Shown here piece after piece: positions 51,839-64,000 of a DNA stretch of 64,000 nt (position 1 is its first letter; the number at the start of each line of letters is the position of its first letter). The stretch covers positions 75,224,067 to 75,288,066 of the forward strand of contig JASCQW010000027.1 in assembly GCA_030264375.1 (NCBI GenBank), read 5' to 3'. This stretch comes from Carcharhinus longimanus (Eukaryota). Under the pieces are notes generated by a model, which was not told the origin of the DNA, did no database searches, and worked only from the letters and a program-made list of their open reading frames with translations. Position numbers and translations under genes: made by a program.

Positions 51839-52489
51839 GTCTTCTTGTAGCCTCTTGTGTTTCTGTTCAATTAATCTTAATCCCTAAACTGAGCAAGATT
51901 GTCAGACAATTAATATAATTCCTCTTCTGCCCAAGCTGAAATAAATTGTATAACTTAGGTACAAACCTATGAACAGTGACACACAGGAAGGACCTTCTGG
52001 CTCATCTAAGCTGCGTATCACAATATATACACGCTCCACCTCACTGGAAAACATGCAATCTCTGGGGAGAGACAAAAAAAGCTCGGATAAAAAGGCCAGT
52101 TTGGGGGAAAATTATCTGGTAAATTCATTTCTGATCCATCTAGGTGATCAAAGCCAATGCAGGAGATCACTTTAACCCTAAATTCCTTGCAGGACCTCAC
52201 TTTTGGAATTCCTTGATGCAACATGAACTGTAACATGTTTCTGAATAGTACCAGTTATCCATTATTGTCCTGAAATGTAACAATTTTGTACTGTTAATTT
52301 ACATCCTGAGATTCCTATTTAAACCACCAAAATTCCATGCATTTTATTTAGGGAGCAGGTGTTAATGTTGCAGCATTTTAAAGCCTTTAAATTGCACAAT
52401 GGAATTGTTGCGCACAAACATATTTAAAAGAAATGCTTCCTTTGCTATTTTAACAAAGAAACTAAATTGTTTCAAATACACAGATCAAC

Positions 52490-53499
52490 AGCACACTGAC
52501 AACACAGAATCAGCTGAGGGCTGAGAGAACAGTAGTCAGGTTGTGTCACCTGTTTAGGTTTAGACCCTGACCCCAAAGAGGCACGATGTGGATGTGCCGG
52601 CGTTGGACTGGGGTAAACACAGTAAAAAGTCTGACAACACCAGGTTTTAGTCCAACCGNNNNNNNNNNNNNNNNNNNNNNNNNNNNNNNNNNNNNNNNNN
52701 NNNNNNNNNNNNNNNNNNNNNNNNNNNNNNNNNNNNNNNNNNNNNNNNNNNNNNNNNNCCACAACTCTCCATTCACCTGACGAAGAGGCAGTCCCCTCGA
52801 AAACCCACAGAGGCACCACATAGATGAGGAAGCAGATGGAATCAATGATAGATCTTGGAAAAACTCCCAAGGTGATGGTGTGGGGCAGGAAGAGACACCA
52901 GGTGGAATTCTCCCAAACCCAAGTCAAAATAGTGTGAACAATTTCAAACAAATGCATTCAGCATTTGCGCACAACTGTTCCAAAGCACAATTTCAATACC
53001 TAAAGTTTCTGCATCGTGTCAATTGACAAAGTGAATGATGCACATTCTTCAAACTAAGCATAGCAGGCATTAAAGATTGGAGGGACAATTGAATGATCTG
53101 GAGCTTTTGATGGAGAACAGTGGTCACAAGGAAGATATCTTGGGAAACTGCAGGTAGCAAACTTCCAACCATTCATTTTAATAAATGGAGTATCATCAAT
53201 AATTTTCTGACCCACCTTGGTGGGCATCGATGGAAGATCCCATTGGCATGAAACCGAATTCTGGGCCTTACACAATATTCTCCCCTCACATTCGCCATAG
53301 AACCCACCAAATTCGATGAATTCCACCCGGTTTCCCTACACCATCACCTCTGGAGTTTTTCCAAGATCTATCACTAACTCCATCCACTTCCTCATCTACA
53401 TGGTGCCTCTTTGGGATCAGGATCTAAACATAAACTGTTGACACAATGCGGGACCTGACCACTGTTCTCTCTTCACTGATTCTGTGCTGTCAGTGTGCT
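52490..53499. repeat. Long inverted repeat (arms about 180-200 bp, L2-derived) around a central MITE-like segment
   Basis: 52490-52910 (excluding the Penelope insert) is the reverse complement of 53318-53499; the centre is bounded by ggtggaattc...gaattccacc. Confidence 0.85.
52585..52808. mobile_element. Penelope-derived element with hammerhead core, 8-bp TSD (centre in gap)
   Basis: Same family as 41391-41650; TSD agaggcac at 52577-52584 and 52809-52816; CTGACGA-a-GAGG-cagtcc-CCTC-GAAA at 52777-52802. Confidence 0.82.
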
Positions 53500-54770
53500 T
53501 GAACGACATTGAGTCTTGGGTGTGCTGCATTTTCTTTCTTCTAAACATTGGGAATACCATCTTCCCCATCATTAAGACTGCACACTTCCTCATGCCTCCG
53601 ATCATCCCTAACATGGTTCCTTTGTTGCTGAAATCTTCATGACTTTGTCATCTTCAAATTCACCAATTCAGTATTCTCATGGCTGGTTCTCATTCTTGCA
53701 TAGAGTTTAGTTGTTTCAGAACTTTGATGTATACATCCTACCCAACACAAAGTCTGCTCGTTCATCATCCTATCCTCGCTGACTTACATTACGTTCTTGT
53801 TCCTAAACATTTGAAATGTAAATTCTTATCCTTATGTTTCATTTTCTCCATAGCCTTGCCCCTCTGAATCTGTAAACTCAATACTATTATGCTCTCCCTC
53901 TCCCTGACCCCGGCAACTCATGACATGTTTCCTTCTTGTGACTTCAGGCTCTTGCAGATCCTACTTCCCTTTACCCCACCATTTGTGGCTGCCCTCAAAT
54001 CACTATAGGCTCACATTTTACAGTAAACCTCCTGAACCATTCATAATGCTTCTCTAAACCTTCTTCCCTCCTAATATTTTGAAGGTCTCAGGAAATATTG
54101 GTTTCTTTGCACCGCTGTGAAGTATGTTGAGTATTTTGTAGATTAATAACATAACATTAATGTAAATGTAAGTTTTTATTGTTGATTAAATAGTCTACTA
54201 TTCAGCCATTTTATTACCTGTCTGTACCCCTGCCTCAGCTCATCTGCTGCTGAAACCTTCAACCATGCTTTTTGCTACTTCTAAACTTGACTATTCCAAA
54301 GTTCATCTTCCTGTCCTCCCAAATTCTACACTCATCATGCCCCAACCCCCAGTAACCTTGAGTTCCTCAAAAACTCTGCTGGCCATGCTGTAACTCATAC
54401 AAAGTCCCATTCTCCCATTACTCCTACACTTGCTGACCTACATTGGTTCCAGGTCCAACAATGCCTTGATTTCAAAATTCTCATTGTTGCTTTCCTCTGA
54501 CCTTTTCCTTCCCTATCTCTGTAATCTCCTCCAGTCCTATACCCCTCTGAAATCTTTCCAGTCCTCCAAGTCTGGTCTCTTGACCTTAATTGCTCCACCA
54601 TTGCCGATTGTGACTTCAGCTGCCAAGGCTTAAGCCTTTCTGCCTCTTCTTAGTTGCTTCTTAAAACTTACCTCTTTTATCTTTTGCTTTTTGCTCACCT
54701 GTCCAAATATCTCCCAACGTGGATTGGTATTAAATTTTGTTTGATAATGCACCTTTTTTACCACAGCAGG
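53335..54770 (+). mobile_element. L2 LINE fragments (two, about 53335-54180 and 54200-54770)
   Basis: accatcacctctggagtt...gatctatc...ttcctcatctacatggtgcctc (TSGV.QGS...FLIYM.PL); cctcagctcatctgctgctgaaacc...cttgactattccaa...cttgctgacctacattggttcc. Confidence 0.75.
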
Positions 54771-55702
54771 TTGTTGTTACCGCACAAATCCCTAGGGTAA
54801 ATTCCTTCAAACTTCTCACCACCAGTGTTTACAGAATATTTTGTGCAGACACAAATGTTCAAGCAACAATTTCCAAAATAAGCTGTGTGAGGTCAGATCT
54901 CTGCACCCTAGCGCAGACCCCCTGAACAGTGGGCACCTTTATCTTTAAGCTCTGCTGTTCCTTATTACTTAGAGCCAGTCATTCATCCTGTAGTACATTC
55001 TCAGACACGCTGCATATATCAAGTCTTGTTTAACTATACTGATGCTTTGTGAAAGTAAATATCACCAGCTGTGATAAGGACACATTGCTTGGGACCCAAG
55101 CTGCACTGTCACTTTACTCTTGTGGCCATTGAAAAGAAGAACAATTAGTCAAATAAGCTCTTTCTGCCTCCACTTTCCTTATAATACTCTGTGTGAAATT
55201 ACTGGAGCCTTGTGTATCATTGACTGAGCAGGTGAGGGAACCAGATTAGGGAAGAACAAGAGGGTATGTCATGGATCTTAGGTGAGGCCTTCAACTTCAA
55301 CATGCCCTACTCTCTTGATGCTCTTGTACTCAACGTGTTCATGGTAGCCTCCTCAAAAAGGGTCCAGAGCTTCTACTGTTTTAGACTCTTGTCAGTTTGA
55401 CCCCATAATCTAAAAATGGAGCAGTCATGACAATTTTGCAGGTTTGCATGACACAGCGCTTCCTTCCTAGTTCATCACATGTGGTATCAAAAAAACCTAC
55501 ATCATGCACCTGGCCTGTTTTACGAAGAGTTCGTGCATTAGGCACCTTTAAATTTTTTTGATGCTCACAGTATGATTCATACTCAAATTTATTGAGGGCA
55601 AAATTGGATAATCCTGAAAAACCATGCTGAGATCCCAATGGATGTGCAATTAACTCTCATCCATTCAATGTAATGCAGGCTAAGCTGCTGCCTTCTTATT
55701 TT

Positions 55703-56005
55703 CATAGAATCCCTACAGTGCAGAAGGAGTCTGCATCCACTGTCTGAAAGAACATTTTACCCAGGAACACATCTATCCTGTAGCTCCACACATATCCCAT
55801 AGCTAATCCATCTAACCATCTTGGGACACCAGGGGTAATTTAGCATAACCTGCACATCTTTGGACTGTAGGAAGAAACTGGAGCATATGAAGGAAACTCA
55901 TGCGGAAGCTGGGAGAAAGTGGGAAGTCCACACAGTCACCCAAGGCAGGAATTGAACCCAGGTTCCCTGCCACTATGAGGCAACAGTGATAATTCCTGTA
56001 CTATC
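55703..56005 (-). mobile_element. HE1-like V-SINE
   Basis: catagaatccctacagtgcagaaggag...gcacatctttggactgtaggaagaaactggagc...ggaattgaacccagg. Confidence 0.88.
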
Positions 56006-56009
56006 ATTG

Positions 56010-56935
56010 CAGCCAATAGAATGATTGTTCATACAGCCAGCACTATACACACTGTTTTTGGCTACACATATTGCAAGAAGCCAAAATGTTAACTTCCTAC
56101 AGCTATTTAAAGCTAGTTTGTACCCCTTATAGGGGAGATGCATTGTGGCTGGAACAGATGCTGCCAAACATACAGGAAGTGAGTGTGACTTTGGAAGCAG
56201 AGAAGAATGGCACAGTATGGGAGAGAGAACAGAATTTGATGTTTTTGGGTGCTGCCCGGGAGCCTAGAGAGAAAAGGTAGAAAGGTAGAGAGATGTCTGC
56301 TGCTGTGGGGAACAGGGGGCCATTCAAAATATGTGGTTAAAAGTTAGTGGGAGCAGATAGCCATGGACTCAAAACCTCAAGAACCTGGATGCAGTGACCT
56401 TACACAAGTGGTCAAGATCAATGAATATATTTACAAGTACCATATGCCACCAACCTCGGATACTATATATACCATAATAAGATATGGTATTAGCCTCGGA
56501 TACTGCTCAGATCATATACCATCATTCACCCTACCAACCATCTTGATAAGTTAGGACCAATGTTCTCTTGAAAACCTAACTGCGTGTGGTCAGTTGTACC
56601 TAATCCTGCTTCTTGTTTTGTTTACCCACTTCATCCCAAACCGTGTCTGATTTTTAAACTGCACATGGTGTAAGCATGTTCCTCTTGCTTTCCTCTGCTT
56701 ATTGCACCACAACTTTTAGCATTGTCTGTTCAGATACCCAGAAGTTATAACCTGACCAGGCAATGGAGAAACACCAAGAAGGGAGCTATGATCAAGACAC
56801 AGCAGCATCCCTCAATTTCACACTCTCAGCCAATATTTCACTCTGCCTCAGATTGATACTGCATGTAATTTAGAAGAACGGTTGTAGACAGGGTCGGCAA
56901 GTGATGAGACATTGGGCATGGCTGGGCTGCATGTG
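56010..56935 (+). pseudogene. Decayed Harbinger-type Myb/SANT ORF remnant
   Basis: cagctatttaaagctag upstream; ATG GCA CAG TAT GGG AGA GAG (MAQYGRE)...tgggagcagatagccatg...agaacctggatgcagtg..gaccttacacaagtggtcaag (WEQIAM...RTWMQ..DLTQVVK); downstream exon-like ttcag|atacccagaag. Confidence 0.65.
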
Positions 56936-58499
56936 CACTAACATTCTCACTAATATGGTGTCTGATGTCATTCATCCTGCAGTTGTGCACACATGCTACA
57001 AATGCAAGTTTGGAATTCTACTGACAGTTGCCAAAAATGGGCATTAATGAGCACTGTTTTTCAACCATTATAGTTCTCCCTTTCTTCGTAGTGTCCGCAC
57101 TTGTGGTGGATGTTTGACAAGCAAACTCTACTAAAGCCTTAACTTTAATTTCTTGAGACCAGTCATCTTTTTGCCGATGTATTTTCAGGTTCAGTGTTCT
57201 CTTGAGACTACAGCAGAATTTCACATATTGCTCATACATGTGTGCAACCCACACACACCCCTCCCCTATCCCCATATTGCAAGAACATGCCAGCTGTTGA
57301 TGGACCCCACAAAAATGGCACACCACACTGCAATAATGCACTGGCAGTAGGCAATACAGGCCGAGAGCCAGACTTCCGGCCCTCGGTGTGGGGAAAAGTC
57401 CTAGCCTTAAGCTCAGTCCCAGCAGCACCAGAACTCCATATTTGGTGCTGCTGGGACTGCAGACAGACCCACAAAGAAGAGAAAATGGACCCCAAAGCTA
57501 GGCAAGTCTGGCCTTTTCAGGTGGGATGGGGTGGGATTGGGCAGCCGGGTTGAGGAGGTGATGTATTGTGGGGGAAAGCATTTGGAGGCCAGACACGGAG
57601 GGACAAAGGGAGTTAATGCCATGGGGGGATGCCCCGATGCACAAATTGTACCCGTCTCCCCATCCCAAATACTGTGGTTTCTCTGTTTTACAGAAATGAT
57701 TTTTCAAAAACAGATTTCCCGTTGCTGCCATCTCACAGCCATTCTAAGGAACAGGCAGTGTGAAAAATAAGTGCTGTGGCTTGGTAGCAACCTCAATTGC
57801 TCGCTAATTATTCACTTAACTATGTCAGGTAAGTTGCTGATTTTGGCACCCATCTTATTATGGGGACCAGGTCAGGGATAGGTGGGAAGGCTTGCCGCCC
57901 CTTATCATTTACTTGCAATTCTAAGGAGCTGCATTTAACAAGGAGTCAACAACTTTACAATAGAAGAGAGAGGAAGAACTGGAAATATATTTTTATGTAG
58001 GAACCAATTAGTCTGACTCCAAAGATTTTTTTCTCCAGGAGCACAAGCAGTATTGTATTTTTTGCAGTAAACACGTGCACATTTTGGATCTAAAAAAGTT
58101 TCAAAAGTTGAGTTTAGGAGTAGTATAAAAAGTAAAATGTTTATTAACACCGCTAGTGACACTGACAGCCTACTAATGATGATATATCTATTGAACTGTT
58201 TTAATATTCGGCAATATTGGTGGTCGATTTTAACCAAAAAGCTACATTTAGAAGATGCAATAATTCATTTTCTTCAAAATCAAATGTCAAGATGTTGTCA
58301 CTGGATTTGAATTCACAATTGGGACTAAGCCTCAACATTATCATTGGCCTATAAGTATTTATTTGGAGAAATTATTATTTTGAGCGGTAAAATTATTGTT
58401 TTTACAACAGTTCTCCCTCAGCCATGTAAAAAGCTAATTGGATTCACAGGCAAATAATTACAGTGTTTCTATTTTACCATCATTAACAAACAAATTAAA

Positions 58500-58610
58500 G
58501 GCATAAAACAAAAGCGAAACACTGCTGATGTTGGGAAATCTGAATAAAAAACAGGAAATGCTTGAAATACTCAGCGGGCCAGACAGCATCTATGAATAGA
58601 GAAACAAAAT
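58500..58610 (-). mobile_element. Penelope-like element terminal fragment
   Basis: aaaagcgaaacactgctgatgttgggaaatctgaataaaaaacaggaaatgcttgaaatactcagc...cagcatctatg. Confidence 0.65.
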
Positions 58611-58824
58611 GGGAAGTATTTTCTCTATGGCGTGCCATTCTCGATGGCGGAATTGGAAATGGATGGCACTTCCGCTCTCAAGAAGGGAGCTGATTCCCAT
58701 ATAAATATAACTAAAATTTAAAATGCTGGTTGCGTGCACATGTGATCATACAGCAAGGGTGCATATTTATTGATGAATCCCGTCTTCAACTTGGGCTGGG
58801 GCTTTAAAACGTTCTGGGTAGATT

Positions 58825-59703
58825 GAACCAGGGCAGAAGTTACTCACTTAATGGTAGGGCATAGTGAAGAGTTATAGAACAAAAAGATCTAGGGGTACAG
58901 GTTCATAGCTCCTTGAAAGTGGAGGCACAAGCGGACAGGGTGATGAAGAACGCATTCAGCATGCTTGGTTTCATCGGTCANNNNNNNNNNNNNNNNNNNN
59001 NNNNNNNNNNNNNNNNNNNNNNNNNNNNNNNNNNNNNNNNNNNNNNNNNNNNNNNNNNNNNNNNNNNNNNNNNNNNNNNNTCAGCATGCTTGGTTTCATT
59101 GGTCAGAACATTGAATACAGGAGTTGGGACATCTTGTTGAAGTTGTACAAGACATTGCTAAGGCCACACTTGGAATACTGTGTGCAGTTATGGTCACCGT
59201 ACTGTAGAAAGGATATTATTAAACCAGAAAGAATGAAGAAAAGATTTGCTGGAATGCTACCAGGACTTGATGGTGAATTATCAAGAGAGGTTGGATAGAC
59301 TGGGACTTTTTTCCCTGGGAGTGTTGGAGGCTTTGGGGTGATCTTAAAGAAGTTTATAAATAATGAGGGGCAGAGATAAGGTAGATAGCCAACACCTTTT
59401 CCCACAGGTCGGGGAGTCTAAAACTAGAGGGCACAGATTTAAGGTGAGAGGGCAGAGATACAGAAGTGTCCAGAGGGGCAATATTTCTCCCACAGAGGGT
59501 GGTGAGTGTCTGGAACGAGCTGCCAGAGGTAGTAGTAGAGGTGGATACAATTTTGTCTTTTAAAAAGCATTCAGACAGTTCCATAGGTAAGATTGATATA
59601 GAGGGATGTGGGTCAAATTTGGGCTCAGTGGTTAAAACTGGATAGCATGGACAAGTTGGGCCCAAGGGACTGTATTCATGCTGTAGACCTCTATGACTCT
59701 GTG
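58825..59703 (+). mobile_element. HER1/CR1 LINE 3' fragment
   Basis: MLGFIGQNIEYRSWDILLKLYKTLLRPHLEYCVQLWSPYCRKD; MRGRDKVDSQHLFPQVGESKTRGHRFKVRG; tail gctgtagacctctatgactctgtga. Confidence 0.92.
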
Positions 59704-62700
59704 ATGTAGATACACCTACAATGCTATTGGGAACAGAGTTCCAGGTTTTGACCCAGCAACAGTGAAATAATCATGTTTAGTTAGGATGGTGACATTTACA
59801 GGAGAATGTGCAGGTGGTGACATTCCCCTCAAAAGTAATTGAAGCCCTTATCACCTAAAATGCCATGCAGCTTCTTTAATGGCCATTAGCAGGCATCTTA
59901 AGTGGCAAGCAGCTGTTTAACTCACCTCTGGGTGGCTTTTTCTAGCACTGGCTTCACCTCATTTACCAAGACGATATCTTGCGCAAAACATGGGCTAAAC
60001 TGACAGTTCAGCTTGAGACCTCAACTTAGTCACTTCTTTACGTCATTAGTGCCTAAAGTATTTGGCAAAACTTGCTCCCACAAATCTAACCTGCTCACAG
60101 TAGCTCTTCAAGGTAAACTTCTTGAGAAATTGATCCATTGATTCCATTTGTCTTTTGTTGCTTTCTGGTATGTCAGCTGACTCTCAATTTCAAGACTTTT
60201 ATTCAACTGAAGGCCTTGGGGAAACCTGAATTCATCTGGCAAAATTTATGTGTGCTCGAACTGTATGAATTATGCCGGGTTGCCATTGTTGATAATTGAG
60301 AGTTGTAGTATATCACAGACTATAGGTTGACTTGTCATGAAAAGTTTCTCGATCTATAATGTACATAAGATTGGTTATATTCTTATGAATAATATTTAAG
60401 TGATCTGTTTTCTTCTTTAGAGATATATTTTCCTTGTATTACTTCACTCATAGTTATCATGTTAATTTGATCAACATTCTACTGTGCAAGGGATGAAAAA
60501 AGTGAAAAGTTTGACTCTTGTGAGAATTTCAAATGACAATAAGTCGAGTTTGCAACCAATTTTCATCTGCATACAGACAAAGTGCCACTTGAATCATTCT
60601 TAAAATCTTCTCAATCCAACTCTCAGTAAATTGATCGTGTGGTGTGACAACATATTTGTAGTTTGCGAAGCTTTTGTATCTTTTTAAAATTCGTCAATGA
60701 TACGTCAACATTACACTTCATGTCACTTTATTAATTAAATGTTTTGGGTGTGGCACCAGGATTATGGTTGTCCATTTTTCTGTCCATTGTCAGTGTCTAC
60801 TGCAGATTCCATTGTCTCTAGCTCAGAACTGGCAGCTGAACAAAAGCAGAGCACATTTTTTTCATTTATACATAAACAGAGTTACTGATCCAGTGAAGCT
60901 TTATATTAAAGCACAGTAAACTCAATTCACATGTTACAGAGGTTACATAGGATTGCCAGAATGCTTTATTCAGGGCCTGAGATGTTTTAAATCTGGTAAA
61001 TTGAAAATCTCCATAGTCCTGAGATTTGCTTATAAAATATAAATTTAATTCCTTTGAAAATCATAGTCTGATTTGAACGGCTATTTTAATGCTGTATTTA
61101 CCTCGTAGTCTTGGCACCACTAGCAGCCTGATTTTGGTGGTAATGCTGTAAAGTAAATGATACTTGTGCCACTGAACTTGAGAAAGAAAAGAACTGACCA
61201 TGATCCCAATCTCCCGGATCACTGCTTCATCAAATGTAAGGCTAGTGGTTGAGAATAGGGCCTAGTGTCACTTCAATGCTTCCGTTAGTCAATCACACAA
61301 CTGATCAATGGTTATTTGCAAATAAAGGTTCCACAGAACCTCAGCATCTATATCTGGCTCAACAAGGAAATTGATAAGAGGGGAAAAAGATCAGAGGAAC
61401 TAAAATGAAAGGTTAGACCTAAGAATAAAGCATTTGTGCTTTACAGTTGTGCTTGGATAATTACTTGCAGCTCCAGCTCACCACCACTAGATACTAGTGG
61501 GACATAGTTTCATCACTGCAATTACCCAACCTCTTGATTGAAGGATATGTAGAATTTGTGGTGTGCGTTTGGGACAGTGGAGGGAGTTTATCCTAACCCA
61601 TGAGTGGAAATGTTTAGTTCTGCGGCTAGTTTACATGCTGCCCAATTTTACTGCCCATTGGAGCCAAGGAAAGGGTGTAAAATGGGTTACTAAGCTGATC
61701 CCATCAACTTCTTGCAAAGTAGGTTAACATCCAGTAATCCCTGTTTCAGAGCAACAGCTTCAGGAGCCAAGAGGTATTTTGCCTGTCTGCTTGTTTATTG
61801 GAACGTGATATACAGCTGGAAGTGGTGGTGGGGGTGAGGCGGGTAGAAAATCTCAGAAACTATGAAAATAAATGTACAAAGAGGGGAAAGGAAAGAAGGA
61901 TTTAGTCACAGTACGGACCAATGTTATTCAGATGAGAAACTATTTTCTATTGTGTACCAGATGAAATGGGCACGGAATTCTTTCATTAACATTCGATTGA
62001 GATGTGTGAGTGTTACTATTAAAAACTATTTGAAGGAGAAAGGTAATGCACATACTTTCTCTATGTACAAACTTGCAACTAAATATTCTAGGCTGGTTGA
62101 TTGACAGAATGTCACACAATTACCCAGGCCCTCTTGCTGTCGGACCAGTTGGTTTGGGCATATCACTGGACGTGCTTTCGTCTGATCCTGGAGATCAAAT
62201 TTCAGAGGTCCACTGACCTCAATTTAATAACAAAAGAAACCCTGAAGGCTATTTGTCGTTTTTAACTAGGCAATTGACATCGATCGGCAGAAATGTGTAA
62301 TCCAAACAAGCTGGGGTTATTACAAACACTTCCTGACAACTTCAGGGTCACGAATAACAGCACACTTTCACTAAACAATATCAGGCCCAAGTAGTTAGTG
62401 TGTTATTTCAATGGTCAGTACATTAATGGATGGACACAATTGCCTGAATTTCTCAATGATTTAATGGATTTGCAGCAAAACTCTAATTGTTTATTTTTAA
62501 ATGGCAAATTTTCAAATATGAACCTTTAGCGACCTAAAGGGTATGCATGTGTAGCATGACTTTAACTAGTTACTTTTTAACTTAAGTTTTAATGAAATGT
62601 GACGGGAATGGACGCAATATATTGAGTTTTCATTTTTGTTGCTAATTATGATTGCACCAGAAGATCATAATTCTAAAATTCCTTGAGAGTTGCCCATATT

Positions 62701-63677
62701 CTCATTGTAACTTAGTAGGACTTTGCAGAAGGCACTGCGAATCCTGGTGGGCTTGGGGCTGTGGGCTCAGTCAGCCTTTTATAGGACATCCCATCACTGG
62801 AGATATGTGAGGGGTGGGGGGAGAATGGTAGTCCAGTCCAGAGATGGGAAAAGAATGAAGATGACCTCTTTTTCCTGATGATCGAGGGAATGTTGCATGA
62901 TTGTATGGACAGCCTCATTTACAAGAGCAGCCAGGTGCCAAACCTTCAACTGTGTGGTCCAGATGGACACCATTGGGAATGTTGTGCTAACTTCATGTAA
63001 ACATGGGACTCTGCAGACCTGGCAGGGCCAACCATCAGATATGATCCCAGCATCCCATGGATTTTTGGGCTGGTTATTTATTCACATTAAAAAATGCCGA
63101 TCTCAATATACATAGCATCTAATTTTTTAAAAAAACATATTGGTAAGGGAAGAAAAAAAGAAGTCCAATGTTTGCATCTTTTCCACATTCTGGCTCACAA
63201 TGTTACTATAACCAATTACAAATAACTTAACTTGCTGTCTTTCATTCAGCCCTGGATTCACTTCCCCTCAGGCTTGGCCTGTTGAGGAAGCCGCCAGGAG
63301 GGTGGTTGGTAAATCTCCTGCTCCGTTTAAACTTCTCCCTGCCTGGTCTTTGCTGGATAGGGAAAATTAAAATTACACCCTTACTTGTCTTCCTGCTGCT
63401 TTCTTCTTGCTCCTAGTTTCTGGGGTAGAAAAAGGCAAATGTGTTGTTTTCTGCTATTCACTTTCCTGCTACTTTGAACCTTTACTCAGATTTTGTTTGC
63501 TAATTTTTGAGCACTAGGACTTGCTGTGCAGAAACTGGCTATATGTGCATGCAGTCCCAAATCTTCAGTCCCTTCTGCCTTTGCTGACTAGAATCCTGCT
63601 ATTTTCATGGCCTCTTGCTCCTTTTTAGTCAATCCAATTTCTGCTGATCCTGTTCCTGCAGCTTGACACTCCTCTTC

Positions 63678-64000
63678 ATCAACAACAGCAACCAATTGCA
63701 TTTATATAGCACCTTAAACATAGCAAAATGTTCCAAGACCCCTCACAGGAATTATATTTTTTTTAAATTCACACTGATCCACATAACGGGATGTTATGAC
63801 AGGTTGGTGAAATTGGTAGTTTTAAAGGAGTGTCTTAAAGACGCAGAGAGGGATTTCCAGAGCCTAGGCATTGCTGCCAGTGGTGAACCAGTTAAAATCA
63901 AGAATACATATGAGCCCCAAACTGGAGGAGTGCAGAGATCTTAGTTGTAGAGCTAGAGGAAATTACAGAAATAGGGAGATACGAGGTCATGGAGGGAATT
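63678..64000 (-). mobile_element. L2 LINE 3' end
   Basis: aacaacagcaaccaattgcatttatatagcacc...ttttaaaggagtgtcttaaag...ttccagagcctaggc...ggaggagtgcagagatc...ttacagaaataggga. Confidence 0.8.

Noticed and set aside
41256-59703. Inverted HER1 copies flanking the exon as a circRNA driver
   Set aside because: The copies are diverged and kilobases away, and a single 78-nt exon is a poor circularisation substrate; there is no sequence-level support.
331-63944. The many 60-160 aa ORFs in the six-frame track as genes
   Set aside because: They are short, often start at non-ATG codons, and are either LINE fragments with frameshifts or have no recognisable domain. The DNA is eukaryotic and intron-like.

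Overview
Eukaryotic, AT-rich, CpG-poor vertebrate genomic DNA, almost certainly from a shark. The assignment rests on HE1/V-type SINEs, HER1/CR1 LINEs, Deu-domain SacSINE1-like SINEs and Penelope-type repeats; a carcharhiniform origin is a guess. The assembly is a draft with several 100-N gaps. The window is mostly intron. The only convincing host coding sequence is a 78-nt phase-0/0 exon at 48795-48872 (+) encoding NDEQPEKNRNKEKRRGRPGRKRKQTM. It resembles the N-terminal exon of the long DNMT3A1 isoform (human ...RKVGRPGRKRKHPP). A CpG-rich, motif-dense, promoter/enhancer-like island at about 5200-6180 carries a perfect MARE palindrome. The rest is decayed CR1, L2 and Crack-like LINE fragments, SINEs, two solo-LTR-like elements, Harbinger-type remnants and MITEs, and Penelope-derived fold-back elements with hammerhead-ribozyme motifs. 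I found no intact multi-gene system. The best leads are structural: a 30-bp SINE-derived hairpin, hammerhead-bearing inverted elements with target-site duplications (TSDs), an inverted duplication around a MITE, and a triple nested insertion. Repeat family names come from my recognition of motifs, not from a database search, and repeat boundaries are approximate.
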